From: the human T2T-CHM13v2.0 reference genome, Homo sapiens
Assembly (NCBI RefSeq): GCF_009914755.1
Contig: NC_060925.1
Length of the DNA stretch: 64,000 nucleotides
Strand: one strand, 5' to 3'
The translations under genes and the position numbers were made by a program. Position 1 is the stretch's first letter; every line of letters begins with the position of its first letter. Of the stretch, positions 40,108-54,039 are shown piece after piece. A model generated the notes under the pieces. It was not told the DNA's origin. It made no database searches and saw nothing but the letters and a program-made list of their open reading frames with translations.

Positions 40108-41319
40108 CTACTTCATTTTGCATTGTGATTTTGGACAGGGCAGGCAAAAAAGAAATTTCACCCCTTGCCCCTTATAACAACAAGTTTCTTGAAAAATACT
40201 TAACTTACGTGGCTCCCTTCTGAACCTTGCCTGTTCGTTCCTTCCTTCTCCCTCCCTCTCAATCATCCCTTTCCCTTTTGCTCTCCTTTTACTTTGTCAG
40301 CAACACTTGTGTTTCCTGGAACAATCACTGCCTTTGTATTGATTATCCATTTCTTTCCAGGTCCTGTGGGAGCTGGTTTCACACCTGTTGGCTCATTTGC
40401 CTCCCCTCTTTCCTATGGCTTGCCCTTCGGCCCACTGACCAATCATTTTGGGACCCCTTCTCTGGCGCCCCCATTCCTCCAGCCCAGACCCTCTCTGGAC
40501 TCATGGGTCTGAAATTAGTGTTTTAAATCCCGAGTTTGTGTCTGAAGGTCAGCTGGAGAGCTGTTTACATGTCTGTAAGCCCCAGAGGGCTTATTTGCAC
40601 AGTGTACTTACCTAAGCAGGGCTGGTTACAAGCCTCAGAGGCCCCAAGAGGGCTTCCCAGGCCTGGCCAGCAAGAGCACAAACAGGGAGCCATGGAGGAC
40701 TGTTGTTGCCGAAGTAAGTTTTCAGCTTCCAAAAACAAGTCTTCTGATTTGCTACCAAGCCTTTCGCCTTGTTTATGCCATCAGGCTCCTGAGTCTCAGC
40801 TTTCCCCGTGGGGCTAAAGTCTTCACTGCAGAACTATATTTGTCATGTGTTTGTGTTTGAGGCAGATTGTCAGCCGCCCTCTTAGACGCTGTCTCTGAGC
40901 TCTGCACAGGCCAGAAAGGGAGAGACGCAAATTGGCACCAGGATGTCTGGGGTTTATCAGATGCTTCTTTCTTTCAACCTAATGACTATGTTGCTTCAGG
41001 GGCTGCCCTAGGGGTGTATGAAGACAGCTGAGTTTCCTTTATATCTGTTTATTATCCGCTTTCTTTTTAAAGGAGTTTTGAAGTCTTAATAATTTGGTAC
41101 ATGGTTGTGTTTTGCTAAGATTGTGGTGAGGACTTATGGCTCAGTTTTGTTTTTATGTTAGTATAATTGGTCTAGTTCCTGCTCCACAAAGTGTGGCTGG
41201 TGTTAAAAAAGACTATCTAGCACAGAGTATTATTTGGGGTCTTTGGGATGGAAGTGGTGGTGAGTAGTATTCATGAGCAATATCAAATACAGAAAACTCA
41301 ATTTTTCTCCATAAATCAA

Positions 41320-41550
41320 TGATGGTGATGGTGGTACTAGTGGTAGCAGTCATGATGGTAAGATGGTGGTAATGATGGTGGTGATGGTGATGACAGTAAT
41401 GATAGTAGTGCTGATGATAATGGTGATGACGGTGACAATTGACAGTGGTTGTGATGATAGAGGTAGTGTTGAGATGATGGGGATAAGACTGTTAGTGGAG
41501 GAAGAAGAGGAAGATGATGGTGAAGAGAAAAGGAGGGAGGAGTGGTAATG
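41320..41550 (+). repeat. Degenerate (GAT/GGT)n trinucleotide low-complexity tract
   Basis: gatggtgatggtggt...gatgatggtgaagag. Confidence 0.88.
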
Positions 41551-41889
41551 GGGAGGGACATATTTCCATTATCATGATCCTAGGTCTGTGACTGACTCTT
41601 AGCCTGGAAGATTGCCCAAAGTGGATTCCCTTCCATAGGCTACCCCATTAACTCTGGCCTTGCTAGCATTCAAAAACATCAAGTTTTTGTAGACAATAGC
41701 AGGATCCAAAATGAGAAAAACACAGTAATTTCTCACAGAGCTTCCCAGTATGAAGATTGCTTGGAGAGAGTTTGATCATGTGTATGAGTCATTACTTGTT
41801 AGCTCACCTTGGCAATCTTTAGATACAGAAAGAAGATACCAGTGGTGACTACTGTGCTTTTTACCCAGTACTTGCTTGAGGAGAAAAAG

Positions 41890-42060
41890 CAGGGATTTTG
41901 GTGTTATACGGATGAGGGTTCAAATTTCAGGCTTTTCATTTCCTACTAACTTGTCCTCTTTAAGCCTGACTTTCCTCATCCGTGAAATGGAAATGACATC
42001 TACTTGACAAGGCTGGGCAAATTAAATGAGATAGAGCATGGCACGTAGTTCTCAATGAAT
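41890..42060 (+). mobile_element. MIR
   Basis: gggttcaaatttcaggc...tttcctcatccgtgaaatgg...attaaatgagat. Confidence 0.7.
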
Positions 42061-42715
42061 GTCACACTCTTCCCAGAAGGGGAGGTAATGACGCTCCCGG
42101 CAGTTTTATGCTTACTTTCTGCTTCTCCTAAACCTAGATATTAGCTAGGACTAGCAGGCACTTCCTACCCAAAACATTTTTCATGAGTCACCTATTTACT
42201 TATTAAGTAAAAATTAGATTTCTATGACTTAGGATCAGAAAGCTTCAAACATCAAAACAATAGTTTAAAAGAGAGAGAGAGAGAATTTAACCACTCAGTT
42301 GGTTGTTTTTTCAACTGCTGCCCAGCTGGTTTTTTCCACTAAATGGATTAATATTTTGGTTAACTTGACCATTTAAAATGATTCTATAACTTTTTTTTTT
42401 TACGCTGTCAGGATGTTTTCCTTGATATCTGGCCCTAGTTCTCTTTGCTTATGTCATTTCATCATTACTCCTACTTATGCCGTCTGGTACCTGAATTAAA
42501 ACATTTAGATTCTATCTTTTGAATTTGTGCCTTTCAAATATTTATAAACCATAATCATGACTTCATACAGCCAATCCTATACATATTTAATTTTTTTATG
42601 AAGAAGTCCTTTTCCCCTAAATTATTTATTTCCTCTCTGAAATCTTTCCAAAGTTGTTTTAGCCTTAAGATGAAGAGATGCCCCCAAGTGGATTGTTATC
42701 AGACAGACTCTAAAA

Positions 42716-42930
42716 AGTAGTTGTTGTGAAACCTGGGGTATATATTAAAAGTTCAGACTTCTAGCCCTCATCACCAGTGATTCTGATTCATGGTTCTGGG
42801 GTGTGGGGCCCAGGAATGTGCATCTTAACAGCACCCTCCTTCCCCTCTCCCCCACATACAATATCCTCTACCCAATTTACAGGTAATTTTGGTGTGAATT
42901 CCCTGTAGAACACACTTGAGGCACAGTGCC
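42716..42930. mobile_element. MER5-type hAT-Charlie element
   Basis: gattctgattcatggttctggggtgtggggcccaggaatgtgcatcttaacagcaccc. Confidence 0.7.
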
Positions 42931-43289
42931 ACCTCACAGTTGACTTGGGAAAGCAAAACAGAAGACATTGGTTCCTGCTTTCTAATGGGGCATTACATTC
43001 AGACCTGTTTGCTTAAGATTATAGCAAAATTACCTTGACAGAGTTTTGAGTGTTTCCAAGCCTTCAGTCAAATAGTTACACTGTCTTGGTTTACTGCTGC
43101 AGATGGCTAAGCGAAGTTTCTAGAAGGCTATCAATTTTCCCATCTCTTTAGTCTTTAGGTCTGGGTTGGTAGAAGAAGGGTTGCAGAAGGGCACTTTATC
43201 TACCACGCCGTGTCTCTAGAAATCTAGCAATTTTGAATCCTGTATTACTATTCACATTTCTTTTTTGTAAGAATATGATCCAGCAAATA

Positions 43290-43500
43290 ACTAATAATAA
43301 TTCTTCATACTAGTATAGCACTTTGTGGTTCATAAAATGTCTTGACTTTCATTGTGTCATCTGATCTCCAGAATAGCTCTGGTTAAGGTAAGTAGGTGAG
43401 GTATTACTGTTTCCATTTTACAAATGAAGAAATGCTCAGAGAGAATAAGTAACTTGCCCAGGGATTTACAAAAAGTAAATGGAAGTCCTAGGATTTAACA
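43290..43500 (-). mobile_element. MIR
   Basis: tattactgtttccattttacaaatgaagaaa...agagagaataagtaacttgcccagg. Confidence 0.75.
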
Positions 43501-44077
43501 ATTATGGAATCTTTCATCATCTCTGCCTTAAGGTTGCACTTCTCTAGACTGTGGTATTATCAACCCTATAGTCTGAATGTTACAAACTAATAAATAATAT
43601 ATTTACTTCATTAAAATATCTATTAGTTAGCTGCTTGGAATGGGTAGAAAATATTGAAGTAGAGAATTTTTAACCTACCCTTTAATTACTGCATTGATGT
43701 TATCCATGATTGTATAATATTGTTCTTAATTCCTCTAAGTTTTATTTTGAAAGCTAAACATAAAAGACAATGGCAGTTTGTCATGTTGAGAAGAATATAA
43801 TTATTAACCTCATAGGTTCATCCCACAAGTAATGATTGTCATATGGACCCTGTTGGCAGGAGAGGGAAGATGAGAGGTCTCCCAGCTCTTAGTTAAGGCC
43901 TAGGCCATGGGTCTGGTGTTCCCAGTCGATGGATCATAATTCATTAAAATTGTATATTGGACACTGGCTATATCCAGAGTCTACACATTAGATAATATTA
44001 AAAGAACATAAAAGGAATATAAATGAATCCAGGTGCTAAGTGACTTGGGAGTCCTTGAACTTGTTGCTTTTACCTCC

Positions 44078-44079
44078 AT

Positions 44080-44110
<31 letters not shown>

Positions 44111-44260
44111 TTTTCATTCATTCATTCATTCATTGAACACATGTTTTATTGAGCACTTACTGGAACGGCACACTGTGCTGGGCACTGGTATTACAATATT
44201 GGGCAAGACAGAATCATCCCTACATCATGAGCTAATAGTCCAATGGGGGACACTGACAAG
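44078..44260 (-). mobile_element. L2 3' end with (ATTT)n/(CATT)n tail
   Basis: ttcattcattcatt...tttattgagcacttac...cactgtgctgggcactgg. Confidence 0.8.
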
Positions 44261-44469
44261 GATGCTGGCAGCCACAGGCAGTGGGATAAATGCTGTGGGA
44301 AAGGCAGGGTGCTGCACATACACTAACAAGGGGCATCCAGCCAGCCAGCATATTAGGCCTAGTATTTTTAAATGGATGTAGATTTATTGGGAGTGGCCTG
44401 TAGGGGGTGTGCTGAGGGCATGGCCCCTGGCCACTTTATCCCTTGGCACCCTGAGGGTGCTAGGAAGTC

Positions 44470-44806
44470 ATTGCCCTACACATTTAGTTGCCTTTGCCTG
44501 AAATATTTTCTTCCTCTCCTCCCTTAGCTAAGTTCTAGTACCCACACATCCCTACAGGCTAGGGAGCCCTCTCTGTATTGTTATATATTCAACCCCTGTG
44601 TACTGCGACATCCTGTGAAAATCCTTGAACATCATCCTCATCAACCTCACTGTCCTTCAAGTATCTCCCCCATCAGTCTTTGGGCACTCCTAGATCAGGG
44701 CGATCAGGGCCTGTGTCATTTACCTCTGTATTCCCTGCACCAAGCAAATGCTTGGCACATAATAGAGGCTTAATAAATGTTTGCTGAATGCACAAATGAA
44801 TGAATG
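44470..44806 (+). mobile_element. L2 3' end
   Basis: tgcttggcacataatagaggcttaataaatgtttgctgaatg...tgaatgaatga. Confidence 0.75.
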
Positions 44807-45122
44807 ACCCTAACCTTTAATATCTGGTTGATGAGGAGGCAGGAAACTGAACATATACAAATAAAACCATTTGCAAACAATTAGCTACAAGTCAATATTT
44901 CAATGCATCAAATCAGGTAGCATTCTTTTTCCAATATTTACAGTGCACCTTTTTTACCCAGCATGCATATTCCTGGGGGTCGTGGACTGCCCCCAACAGG
45001 GATAAAATGGGTGTAAATGTTATGTATACTTAATTTCTTTAACAAGAAAAGTATCAGAGGATTACTTGGAGTCACTAATGGTACTACCCCGGTAAAGAGT
45101 AAATCATTTTGAAGTTACTGTA

Positions 45123-45524
45123 TGCTATGGTTTGAATGTGTCCTCCAAAATTCATGTGTTGGAAATTTAATCTCCAATGCAACAGTGTTGAGATGTAGAA
45201 CTTTTGAGAGATGATTAGGTCATTAGGGCTCTGCCCTCATGAATGGACTAATGCTGTTATTGGGGAAGTGGATGAGTTATTGCAGGAATGGGTTCCTCAT
45301 TAAAGGATGAGTTCCGCCCCCTTCCTCTCCCTCTCTCACACCCTCTTGCTCTTCCACTGTCTGCCATGGGGGTGATACAGCAAGAAGGCCCTCACAAGAT
45401 GCCAGCACCTTGAGAGTGGACTTTCCAGCCTCCAGAATTGTGAGAAATAAATTTCTTTTTTTTTTTTAAATAAATTACCCACTCTGTGCTCTTCTGTTCT
45501 AGCAACACAAAATGGACTAAGACA
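45123..45524 (+). mobile_element. MST (MaLR) solo LTR, MSTC/MSTD-like
   Basis: tgctatggtttgaatgtgtcctccaaaattcatgtgttggaaa...ccagcctccagaattgtgagaaataaa...aaatggactaagaca (TG...CA ends). Confidence 0.9.
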
Positions 45525-45607
45525 CCATGGGCAGGGTCTCTGAGAAATATGAGTTGAATAGAAAAGTTTTCATCAAAATGCTGCTCAGTTGCTGAGGTAA
45601 AAGCCAA

Positions 45608-45790
45608 CAGGGCTCAGACTAGGGTGAGATGAGTGAGACCAAGTCATACAAGTTACAGGATCACATTTTGTCTTTATTTAACTTTTTTAGTGCATCATGA
45701 TTAATTGCATTAATTTTTATTTATTAAAATATCAATTATTTTGATTGCTGAGTTTTTTCACTCTGCCCCCACAGCTCCCGGACCTGGGGG
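45608..45790 (+). mobile_element. MER96B-like hAT element
   Basis: cagggctcagactagggtgagatgagtgag...tgtctttatttaa...ttgattgctgagtttttt. Confidence 0.6.
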
Positions 45791-47429
45791 CCCCCACCCC
45801 GTGAGCTCTGCCTTCCTGATACACAGATTACAGGGGAAACTCAGACTCCCTCTGCAGGAGCTGGATGTCAGTTATCACCAGGGCTCAGCTGCGTATCCCG
45901 AGGGCTCACTCTGCTTGCCTGATTCACCTCCCTTTCCAGTTTTGCCTTCCCTTCTTCCTCTAGCAGTCTGAGCATTCTGCACCTCCCCCTCCCTGTGCTT
46001 CAATGCCATCTCACCCAACATCCACACTAGGGCTGCATGTTCTCCAGAGCCTGCTCCATCCTTCCCTTCCCTTCTACCCACAACTGACTTGCTTTATAAT
46101 GGAAGAAGCGTTTTAATGCCTGCCATGAAATCCTGTCATCTGGACAGGAAGGGCAAGCTCCCTGGCTGAATCATCAAGAGGAGAGCACCTGCCTGGAATA
46201 AGGCTCTGAATCTTCTACAGCTCTCTTTTCTGTTTCCCTTCCTCAGAAGTATCCCCTGGACACCGCAGAGGCTGTAGAACCAATACTGCCTGCACTGGCC
46301 AACTGTGGGGGCAGTGGCTTCACACCCCGTGTGTGCTGCAAACACACTCAAATCTATGGCCTGTAATAATTTCTGCACATCCCTGTGTTGCTCCCATAGG
46401 ACAGATAGAGGCACAAAGGCCCTGGCTGATAAGTCGCATCAACTGATCACATAACCACTCATTGACAAAACAGAGATTAAACCTATATTTTTGACCCCCC
46501 ACCACCCCCCATCCTGTGTCCATTTCATTATTCCATAAACATTCCCCTCTACCACACCCTACTTCCCCCTCACCTGCCCACCCCTGCAAAGTCACTTGAT
46601 CTCTTGGTGAATTAGCATGAGCCAACATTGATGTTTTAAAATAGCAAATTTTCAGGCTGAAAAAAGTCAAGATCATCTTTAAGTCCCCAAGGACATATGC
46701 AACCAGTGATAGAAAAATCCTCTCCCACTTCTCCCCCTCCAGTCTGAATTGACTTAGCAACTTTTCTTCAGCTCCTCAGCAGAGCCTTTCACAAATTCCC
46801 ACTTGCAGCACTGCTGAAGGATAGACATCCTGATGTGCTCTCAGCTGGACTGCTGCTGTGGGCTTCAAAAAAACAGATGCAGCAGCAGTGAGTGTGTGCC
46901 TGTATTATATTTCTCAAGTGAACATCTTCAGAAGCTGGGGACATGTGTTTTCTAGCCCAGCATGTAGGATCTGTGGCCCCTGAGGCTGTGGGAGGGCAAA
47001 GTCCTGTAGAGAAGCTATTGTTTTCCTTGCCTTTGCTGATAGCATGAGATCAGCTAAATGATGGTGGCAGGTATCCAAGACCAAGAAAAAGAGTAAGTAG
47101 GGGTACAGTAATGGGAAGCAGTAAATCGTAGGACATATTTGTAATCTAAGCAACAAAAATCAAGCATTCTCTGGGAAATGCATGAAGCACTGAATGCTTG
47201 AGTGCCTAATGGGTTTTGAAGCCTCAGTAAGTTTATGTGGATGGGTGCCAAGAGCAAACAAATCACTGCAGCCACAAGCTGCCTCACTCCATATCCGAGA
47301 TGCATACTGAGAATGACTGGGAAGGCTACTTGGTATGGGAACCCTAAAGCAGTTAGGATGGGGAGGCCCCCGGGGAAATGCTATCCTTAGTGCTCTCCAG
47401 GAAGCATCATTTACAACTTCACCATTGGC

Positions 47430-47625
47430 CAAACACTAATATATGTGCTTTACATATATCATCTCATCGAAGCCTCATTATAACACTAATGGGTTAGGTG
47501 TTATTACACCCCTATTTTAAAGATGAAGGAAGTCAGACTCAGTTAAGATCATACATCTATTAAGAGGTAGGGCAAAATCCAGACTCAGTCTTTTCTGATT
47601 CCAAAGCACCTGCTCTTAACTGCCC
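47430..47625 (-). mobile_element. MIR
   Basis: gctttacatatatcatctcat...attttaaagatgaaggaagtcagactcag...ctgattccaaagc. Confidence 0.65.
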
Positions 47626-47689
47626 CACTTTATTGCCCTCAGAGCTCTTTGGTACCAATTACACCAGGCATTCCTAGCTACAAGGCATT

Positions 47690-47830
47690 GTTCATTCATT
47701 CATCCATTCATTCAACATCCAGCAATATTTCTTGAGCATCTGCATCGTGCCAGGCCCTTTGCTAGGCCCTGGGACCTCACTGATGAAGGAGACATGGACC
47801 CTGTCCTCATGGAACTTGGAATCTAATGAG
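47690..47830 (-). mobile_element. L2 3' end
   Basis: ttcattcattcatccattcattcaac...ttgagcatctgcatcgtgccagg...ccctgtcctcatggaac. Confidence 0.75.
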
Positions 47831-48058
47831 TGAGTGCCAGGGTCTGGAATGGGAGTTAAGGACTCACTTAAGACTGGGCAGGTTGTATCTTGCACAAAGG
47901 CTCTGCACTAAGGGGGCAAGTGGGTACTGAAACCCAGCTTATATTCCACTAAGCTATGTGCCCACAGAGCGACATCTTCTAGAGGAAGCAATTTAAAAAA
48001 TTTTTTCCCAAAGAGTAATATGGGCTATTCTGGAAGTACCTGCCTCCCTTAACTTTTC

Positions 48059-48366
48059 TTTCTTTCTTTTTTCTTTTCTTTTTCTTTTTTTTTTTTTTTT
48101 TTTTTTGAGACGAGTCTCGCTCTGTCATCCAGGCTGGAGGGCAGTCACGCAATCTCAGCCCACTGCAACTTCCACTTCCTGAGTTCAAGCAATTCTCATG
48201 CCTCAGCCTCCCAAGTAGCTGGGATTATAAGTGCAGGCTCCCACACCCATAGAAATGGGATTTCACCATGTTGGCCAGGCTGGTCTAGAACTCCTGGCCT
48301 CAAGGGATCTGCCTGCCTTGGTCTCTCAAAGTGCTGGGATTACAGGCATGAGCCACTGCACCTGGC
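48059..48366 (-). mobile_element. AluS SINE with deleted middle linker
   Basis: perfect 18-bp TSD tgcctcccttaacttttc (48041-48058 / 48367-48384). Confidence 0.95.
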
Positions 48367-51300
48367 TGCCTCCCTTAACTTTTCAAGCCAGTGTCACCCT
48401 GAAAGACATCCTCATGCACAACCTGCAGTGTGTAGGGAACATGAACGCACCAGGTAGACTCTGGACAGTAAGGAGGTCAGCAGCAAGTCCAAGAAAGTGT
48501 ACTCAGGTCTGTTTGGCCCCAGTCAATGAGGTCCACATTCACCTTCAGGAAATCCTGGCCAGTCAACAATGATTTAAACCAATCCCTTCACCACCCCCAG
48601 GCAAAGTCCCTGTGTAAGTAAAACTTCCAGTGATTCCCAAAGATAGTATCCCCACCTCAGCAGACGGTGGAGGCCCCTGCTCGGCCCTGGACCTGCAGGC
48701 CTTCTTCCAACAACTGTCAGACCCCACAGGAATGGAAAGGAAGGCTTCTGGAGACACATACTGGAGGGAACAAGGGGACAAAAAAGGCAAGCTGACATCA
48801 ACCCCAAACCCCAATAATTCGGAGGAGAGTATCCCTGGTAACAGAAACAGAGACAGAAGGAGGTCTGCGGGAAGAAAGATGAGTTCTTTATGTATGCCAA
48901 TTTTCACATGTTAAACATGCCATGCCTTCTATCCGTGGAGCCTTCACATACAAGACACTATGTGCGATATTTACAAAAGCCCTAACCCGATTGCCTTTTT
49001 ATAGATGAAGAAATTGATATGCAGAGAAACAAAATAATTTGGCTTAGGTCACATAGCTAGGAAGTGGCAGAACTAGAAAGTGGCAGAGGTGGGCCCTCTT
49101 GATTCAAAAGACACTGAATCAATGTGTAGTCTAGCTTAGAAGTCCTCGGCCTGAAGATAAAGATGAAGGAAATGAGATAAAGGGAATGAGGCCAAGAAAC
49201 AGTGAGGCAGATGGAGAGAAGGGAAAGAGAGGTACAAAGGTAGTGGAGGATGCACCCTAATAACTCCTCACAGATAAAGCAATACAGCTACTGCGACCAG
49301 CTATCAATGCAGTTCATAAATGCAGAGATCATCAGAGCAGGAAAGGACCTCTGTGCTCCCAGCCTCCCCGTGTTACAGCTGAGGAGTAGAGGGCCAAGGC
49401 ATCTAGTGGCTTCCCCAAGGTTCTCCAGGCTGCTGTGGAGGCAGAGCCATGGCCACGGCCCTGGCCTCCTGGCACTCAGGCCTAACAGCTTCCATCAGGC
49501 TGTACCACTGAGATTATCATCATCAGTGATGATGGTGCCATTAACAGCCATGGCCACCACTATCTGGTTTTTTAGCACCAGCCACCCTGGCAGCCATCTT
49601 CATTTTGTGACTTGAAGAAAGCACTGCCCTGGTCATGTGAGCACAAGAGGAATGGAAAATTCCAGGTCAGGGAACAACACACCCTCCAGGCATCCTTCTC
49701 CACCAGCCCTGCCTTCAGAGGCACCAGGCCCTTTTGTCCCACCACCAGTTAATATTTCACTTGGGTGAGACTTTAGAGAACAAAGAACACAAAGCTGGCC
49801 TTGAGGGGCCAAAGGTAAGCAGCCCATGGTTCCCGATTCGGCTCATAAATAAGAACAGGGCAAATGTACTTTGGATAAGGACGCGCTCAGCCTCCCGCAG
49901 AACAGCTGGGGAAGCTATTCATAGGAAAGCGTGCTATTTGCGTCTGCCTGGCATTTGAATGAGGCTCACCTAACTGTGCCTGCCCTCCCCACAGATGTGA
50001 GTCACGCTCCCCACTCACGAGTGAGGAGTGGCCAGGGGCAAAGGAGAATTGCTTCTCGGCTCAGCTGAGAGAACTGTGGGGGCCAGGAGCGGCACTGCCA
50101 AGGATATCTCCCTCCCCCGGGCAGGGAGGGCCTCCAACTGAGGACACTTATTCTGTAGTGATAGAGCCTGATTCCCCTCCATGTGAGAGAGGTGCCTCCT
50201 TGGACCCTGCTACTTTGTCCCTTGGCCCTTGGTCAAGCAAAGGGGACAATTCTCAGCCCCCAACCCCTTGCCGGTGGCTTTGACTATCTTCTCACATCTC
50301 CAGTACTCGGGGAAAGCCAGTCAGAGCAGCGTGGGAGGCCAGTTCTAGTGTCACGCTGCCATCCTCCAAGTTCTACTGGTCCCTGGTCTCTAATTGCAAA
50401 GCTTACGTGCTGTGGAGGTGAAGTGGGGGTGATCCCTCCCCCTTAAGCAGCACTGCCCACTTCTGAAGGTCATCCACCAATGCTCCTGCCTCCTGTAGCA
50501 TCCAGTGAAGTTCTGGGCTGGTTCTGAGCCGAGGGTGTGCCGGAAGCAGGGCTCATTATGGTCCAAAATAACCTTGGGAGGTCAAGCCCAGGCCTGGGCA
50601 TCCCTCATCCAAGGAGCCCTGATGGGGGGGTCTCTCAGGGCCTAGCCGAAGAGTCAGTTCCGCTCCATAGCAGCACTGATGGTTCAGGTCAGTCCCAGGC
50701 CCATGAGAAAAACTCCAGTTCTGCACCAAAACACAGTGGCCTTTGGAGTCCATCAGACTCCAAGCATTAGGAAGGGCCAAGCTCTTCTCCCATTGGTAGT
50801 TCTCACACACCTGTGGGTCCAGAGAGGGGCTACCCGCCATGATCCTGGGAGCTGTGGTCTAAGGGATCTCTGTATACCTGAGTATGCTCAGCTGCGGTTT
50901 GGTGTTTTTTATTAGTGAATGGCTTAGCTCCTCAGCTGGACCATAAACTTCTCAAGGGAACATGCTGTGCCCTTATCTTTGTGTGCCTGCATGACAGCAC
51001 ACAGCCAGCATGCAAACCATGACCTCATATGCACTTAACACTTGACTATATCTCTTTGGCGACTAGACTCTACTCCTTTGGACAGGGACTTCTTAATTCT
51101 GTATTTCTGAATGGCCTAGTGCTGGCTGTGACACAGGGTAGTTATATAATTGATGGTGTTGATTTGAATTGTCCAGTTTGAATAAAGAATTTTCTAAATG
51201 AGTCGACATTATGACACAATGGATATAGATGAGACCATTAATGCATTTGAAATTTACACTAGTGGACACATGATGGTAGATGCTATAGATACAGGAACCC

Positions 51301-51449
51301 ATGCAAATTCCAACTTTGAGAAACTAGTAACCTATTTCGAAATTATACCTTCTCCTGTTCTTCATGGGCAAAGATGATCCAAGCATGGAGGACATGACAT
51401 TTAAGCCTTCTTCCCAGTGTAAGGGATGTGCCTTCAGCTAAATTTTTCT

Positions 51450-51785
51450 CTCAGTCAACATTTATGGGCACCTACTGTGTGTTAGGCACTGTACTATGGG
51501 CTGAGTATTCAAAGAAAAACTAGGCACAGGTGAATCGTAAATGGAGAGCTACGGGTCTAGTGGGGCTGAAGGCACTTTCTCAAGGAACTCATGGCACTGA
51601 AATAGCTGCTGCTTGAGAAGTATGGCCTAAGCTCCATGGGAGTGAGAAGGGATGAATTCTTCCTGGGGCCAGGAAGGGAGGATGAAATCAGGAAAGGCCT
51701 CCCAGAGGAGCAGATGTTTGAAGGATGGACAAATCCAGATGGACAATAGAGTATGTATTCTAGGCTGGAGGGTATTAACCAAAGC
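51450..51785 (-). mobile_element. L2 fragment
   Basis: tcaacatttatgggcacctactgtgtgttaggcactg...atcaggaaaggcctcccagaggag. Confidence 0.7.
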
Positions 51786-53420
51786 ATGGAACCCCCTCAG
51801 TTCTTTGGGAGGAGAACAGTCTCCTCTGCTCTCACTGTAGCTGGTGGCTTGATTGCTGACCAAGGTCAGGGTGACACCTTTGGCCAAAGAATGGGGCATT
51901 TGCTTCTAAGTCAGCCAAGGGCTCTTTCTGTCTGAAAATAGCTGCCTGAATTCATTTCCCCAATTAGTCCCAGAGGCCAAAGATAGGAGCAGGCTTTCTC
52001 CACCAGCAGGGCAGAAACTGCAGCTAGAAAGCCGGCCCTGCAGCATGAGGAACCCCTGGGGAGCTGGCAGGAGACCTTGAGGTCTGACCGGCTGTGTTTG
52101 GATGGACCCTCTCTAGCTCTTTCCCCGTCATGTGACTGAAAACCTTATCATAATGAAAGCTGTAAAAATGCCAAACTTTAACCTTATTAAAGTCACACTG
52201 TTCTGGTCTTGGCAACCATAATAGGATTTTACAACTCAACCTCTCTGACTAGAGTCCTTGAACAGCCCAGGGTCTGTCAGGGTCCGTGATGGGTGACTTA
52301 ATGCCTTCAGGGACTGGTGCCCACCCACATTCCCACCCTCCCTGTGTCCATCCACCACCCGTGCTCACCGTGGCCTTCCATATGGCCTCCTGTTTTGTTA
52401 CTCATAGAAATGGAGAAATTTCCACTACCATGGACCCCAGGAAAAACATATGAGCATACCCTACAGCACTTACCAGCTGACATGGTATTTTCCTCCGGAT
52501 TAATGAAGCACAGTGGAATTTTAGCAGTTGCTGTAATGATTAATATGTCAAATCCATATTGCAGGAGAGGGAAACAGGAAAGCGATGTGAGAACCTAGGA
52601 GGGGGGAGGAAAAACAATGGGAAGGGAAGAGAGGTAGCAAAGCCAAAGAAGGACAGGGAAGGAAGAGAAGAACAAGGGAAGGACAGGGCAAAGTGGGGAG
52701 AGAGGAACACGGACTCCCACAGGGGTTGGATCAAACAGGCTCGAGCACATTTAGGGACTTCCTCCTGCCACATTGGTAGGAAGGTGGGTCAAGTCAGTTC
52801 CTGAGGAGAGGTCTCCCAGGAGCAGTTATTAGCATAAGGTTCTACATGTCGGGAGGTCATGGACCTTGAAGATTTGAGGAAAGGTATGGGGTTTATCCCT
52901 AGAAAAAAAATACACATAAAGGGGTTTACTAAGCCCCTAAACCTCCATGAGAAAACACAAAAATGAAAAAACCCTGGGTTCAGCTGACGGTGTTTCTGGA
53001 GCTGGGACTGTGTCATCCCTGTCAGCATCCCCTCTCCATGTGATGCCTTTCAGAAACAAGTTTGGAAAGATGACAATGGCGTCAGCCACAATACACATTC
53101 TGTTTGCTGAGCCTCTGTCTTGCCCTGTGAGCGCCCACCCTCTCCTCCCCACCTGCAGGCCCACCGCCATGCAGCTCCCAGGATGAGGTCATGCTTACTC
53201 ACAGGGTCCCTTCCTCCAACTCTAGGCAGTCCAGTGCCCCTACATGAAGTGGTGTCCATGCTGTGCGTGAACATGCTCCGCAGTCTTGAGACCATTACAC
53301 GGCTGGACAAAGGAATGCCTGGCCAAGCCACCAATGGGAAATACTTTGCAATGCAAATGAGTCCTCCAAAGCCAAGCATTCCCCTCTCCTGCTAATTACT
53401 TTTACCTGGTTGCATTAGAA

Positions 53421-53636
<216 letters not shown>

Positions 53637-54039
53637 TCATATTCTGTATAGTCAGGAGCTGGCTCAATGTTAATGTCATTGTCTCTCCTGAAATCACCTG
53701 TCAGTGCAAGAGACCTCTGAATTTCCTTTCTTATTTCTTGATCTAAGCATGTATATAGTGTCATGGGCCAGGTTAATTAAAGCTCACTGAATATCACATA
53801 CTATCCTCTGAACAATCATACGTGTTGCTTCTTTAAAAGCAGGAAAGAAAAAATCAGGTTCTATATGGCCTACCAAGCTTAAATCGTCTCTGTGATGGGA
53901 ACTGTACAAAAGTCAACAGGTCAACAACAAACACTAGTTTACATACTCAGTAGGTGAAAGAGTGAGCCAATTCATAGATTTCATTTCTGATTGTATTTTT
54001 TAACATTTTATTTTCAAAGAATTATAAATCCACAGAAGG

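Noticed and set aside
41320-41561. His-rich / Met-Val-rich ORFs
   Set aside because: Translations of a degenerate trinucleotide repeat.
43385-43393. Perfect splice donor AAG|GTAAGT
   Set aside because: Lies in a MIR with no convincing upstream acceptor.
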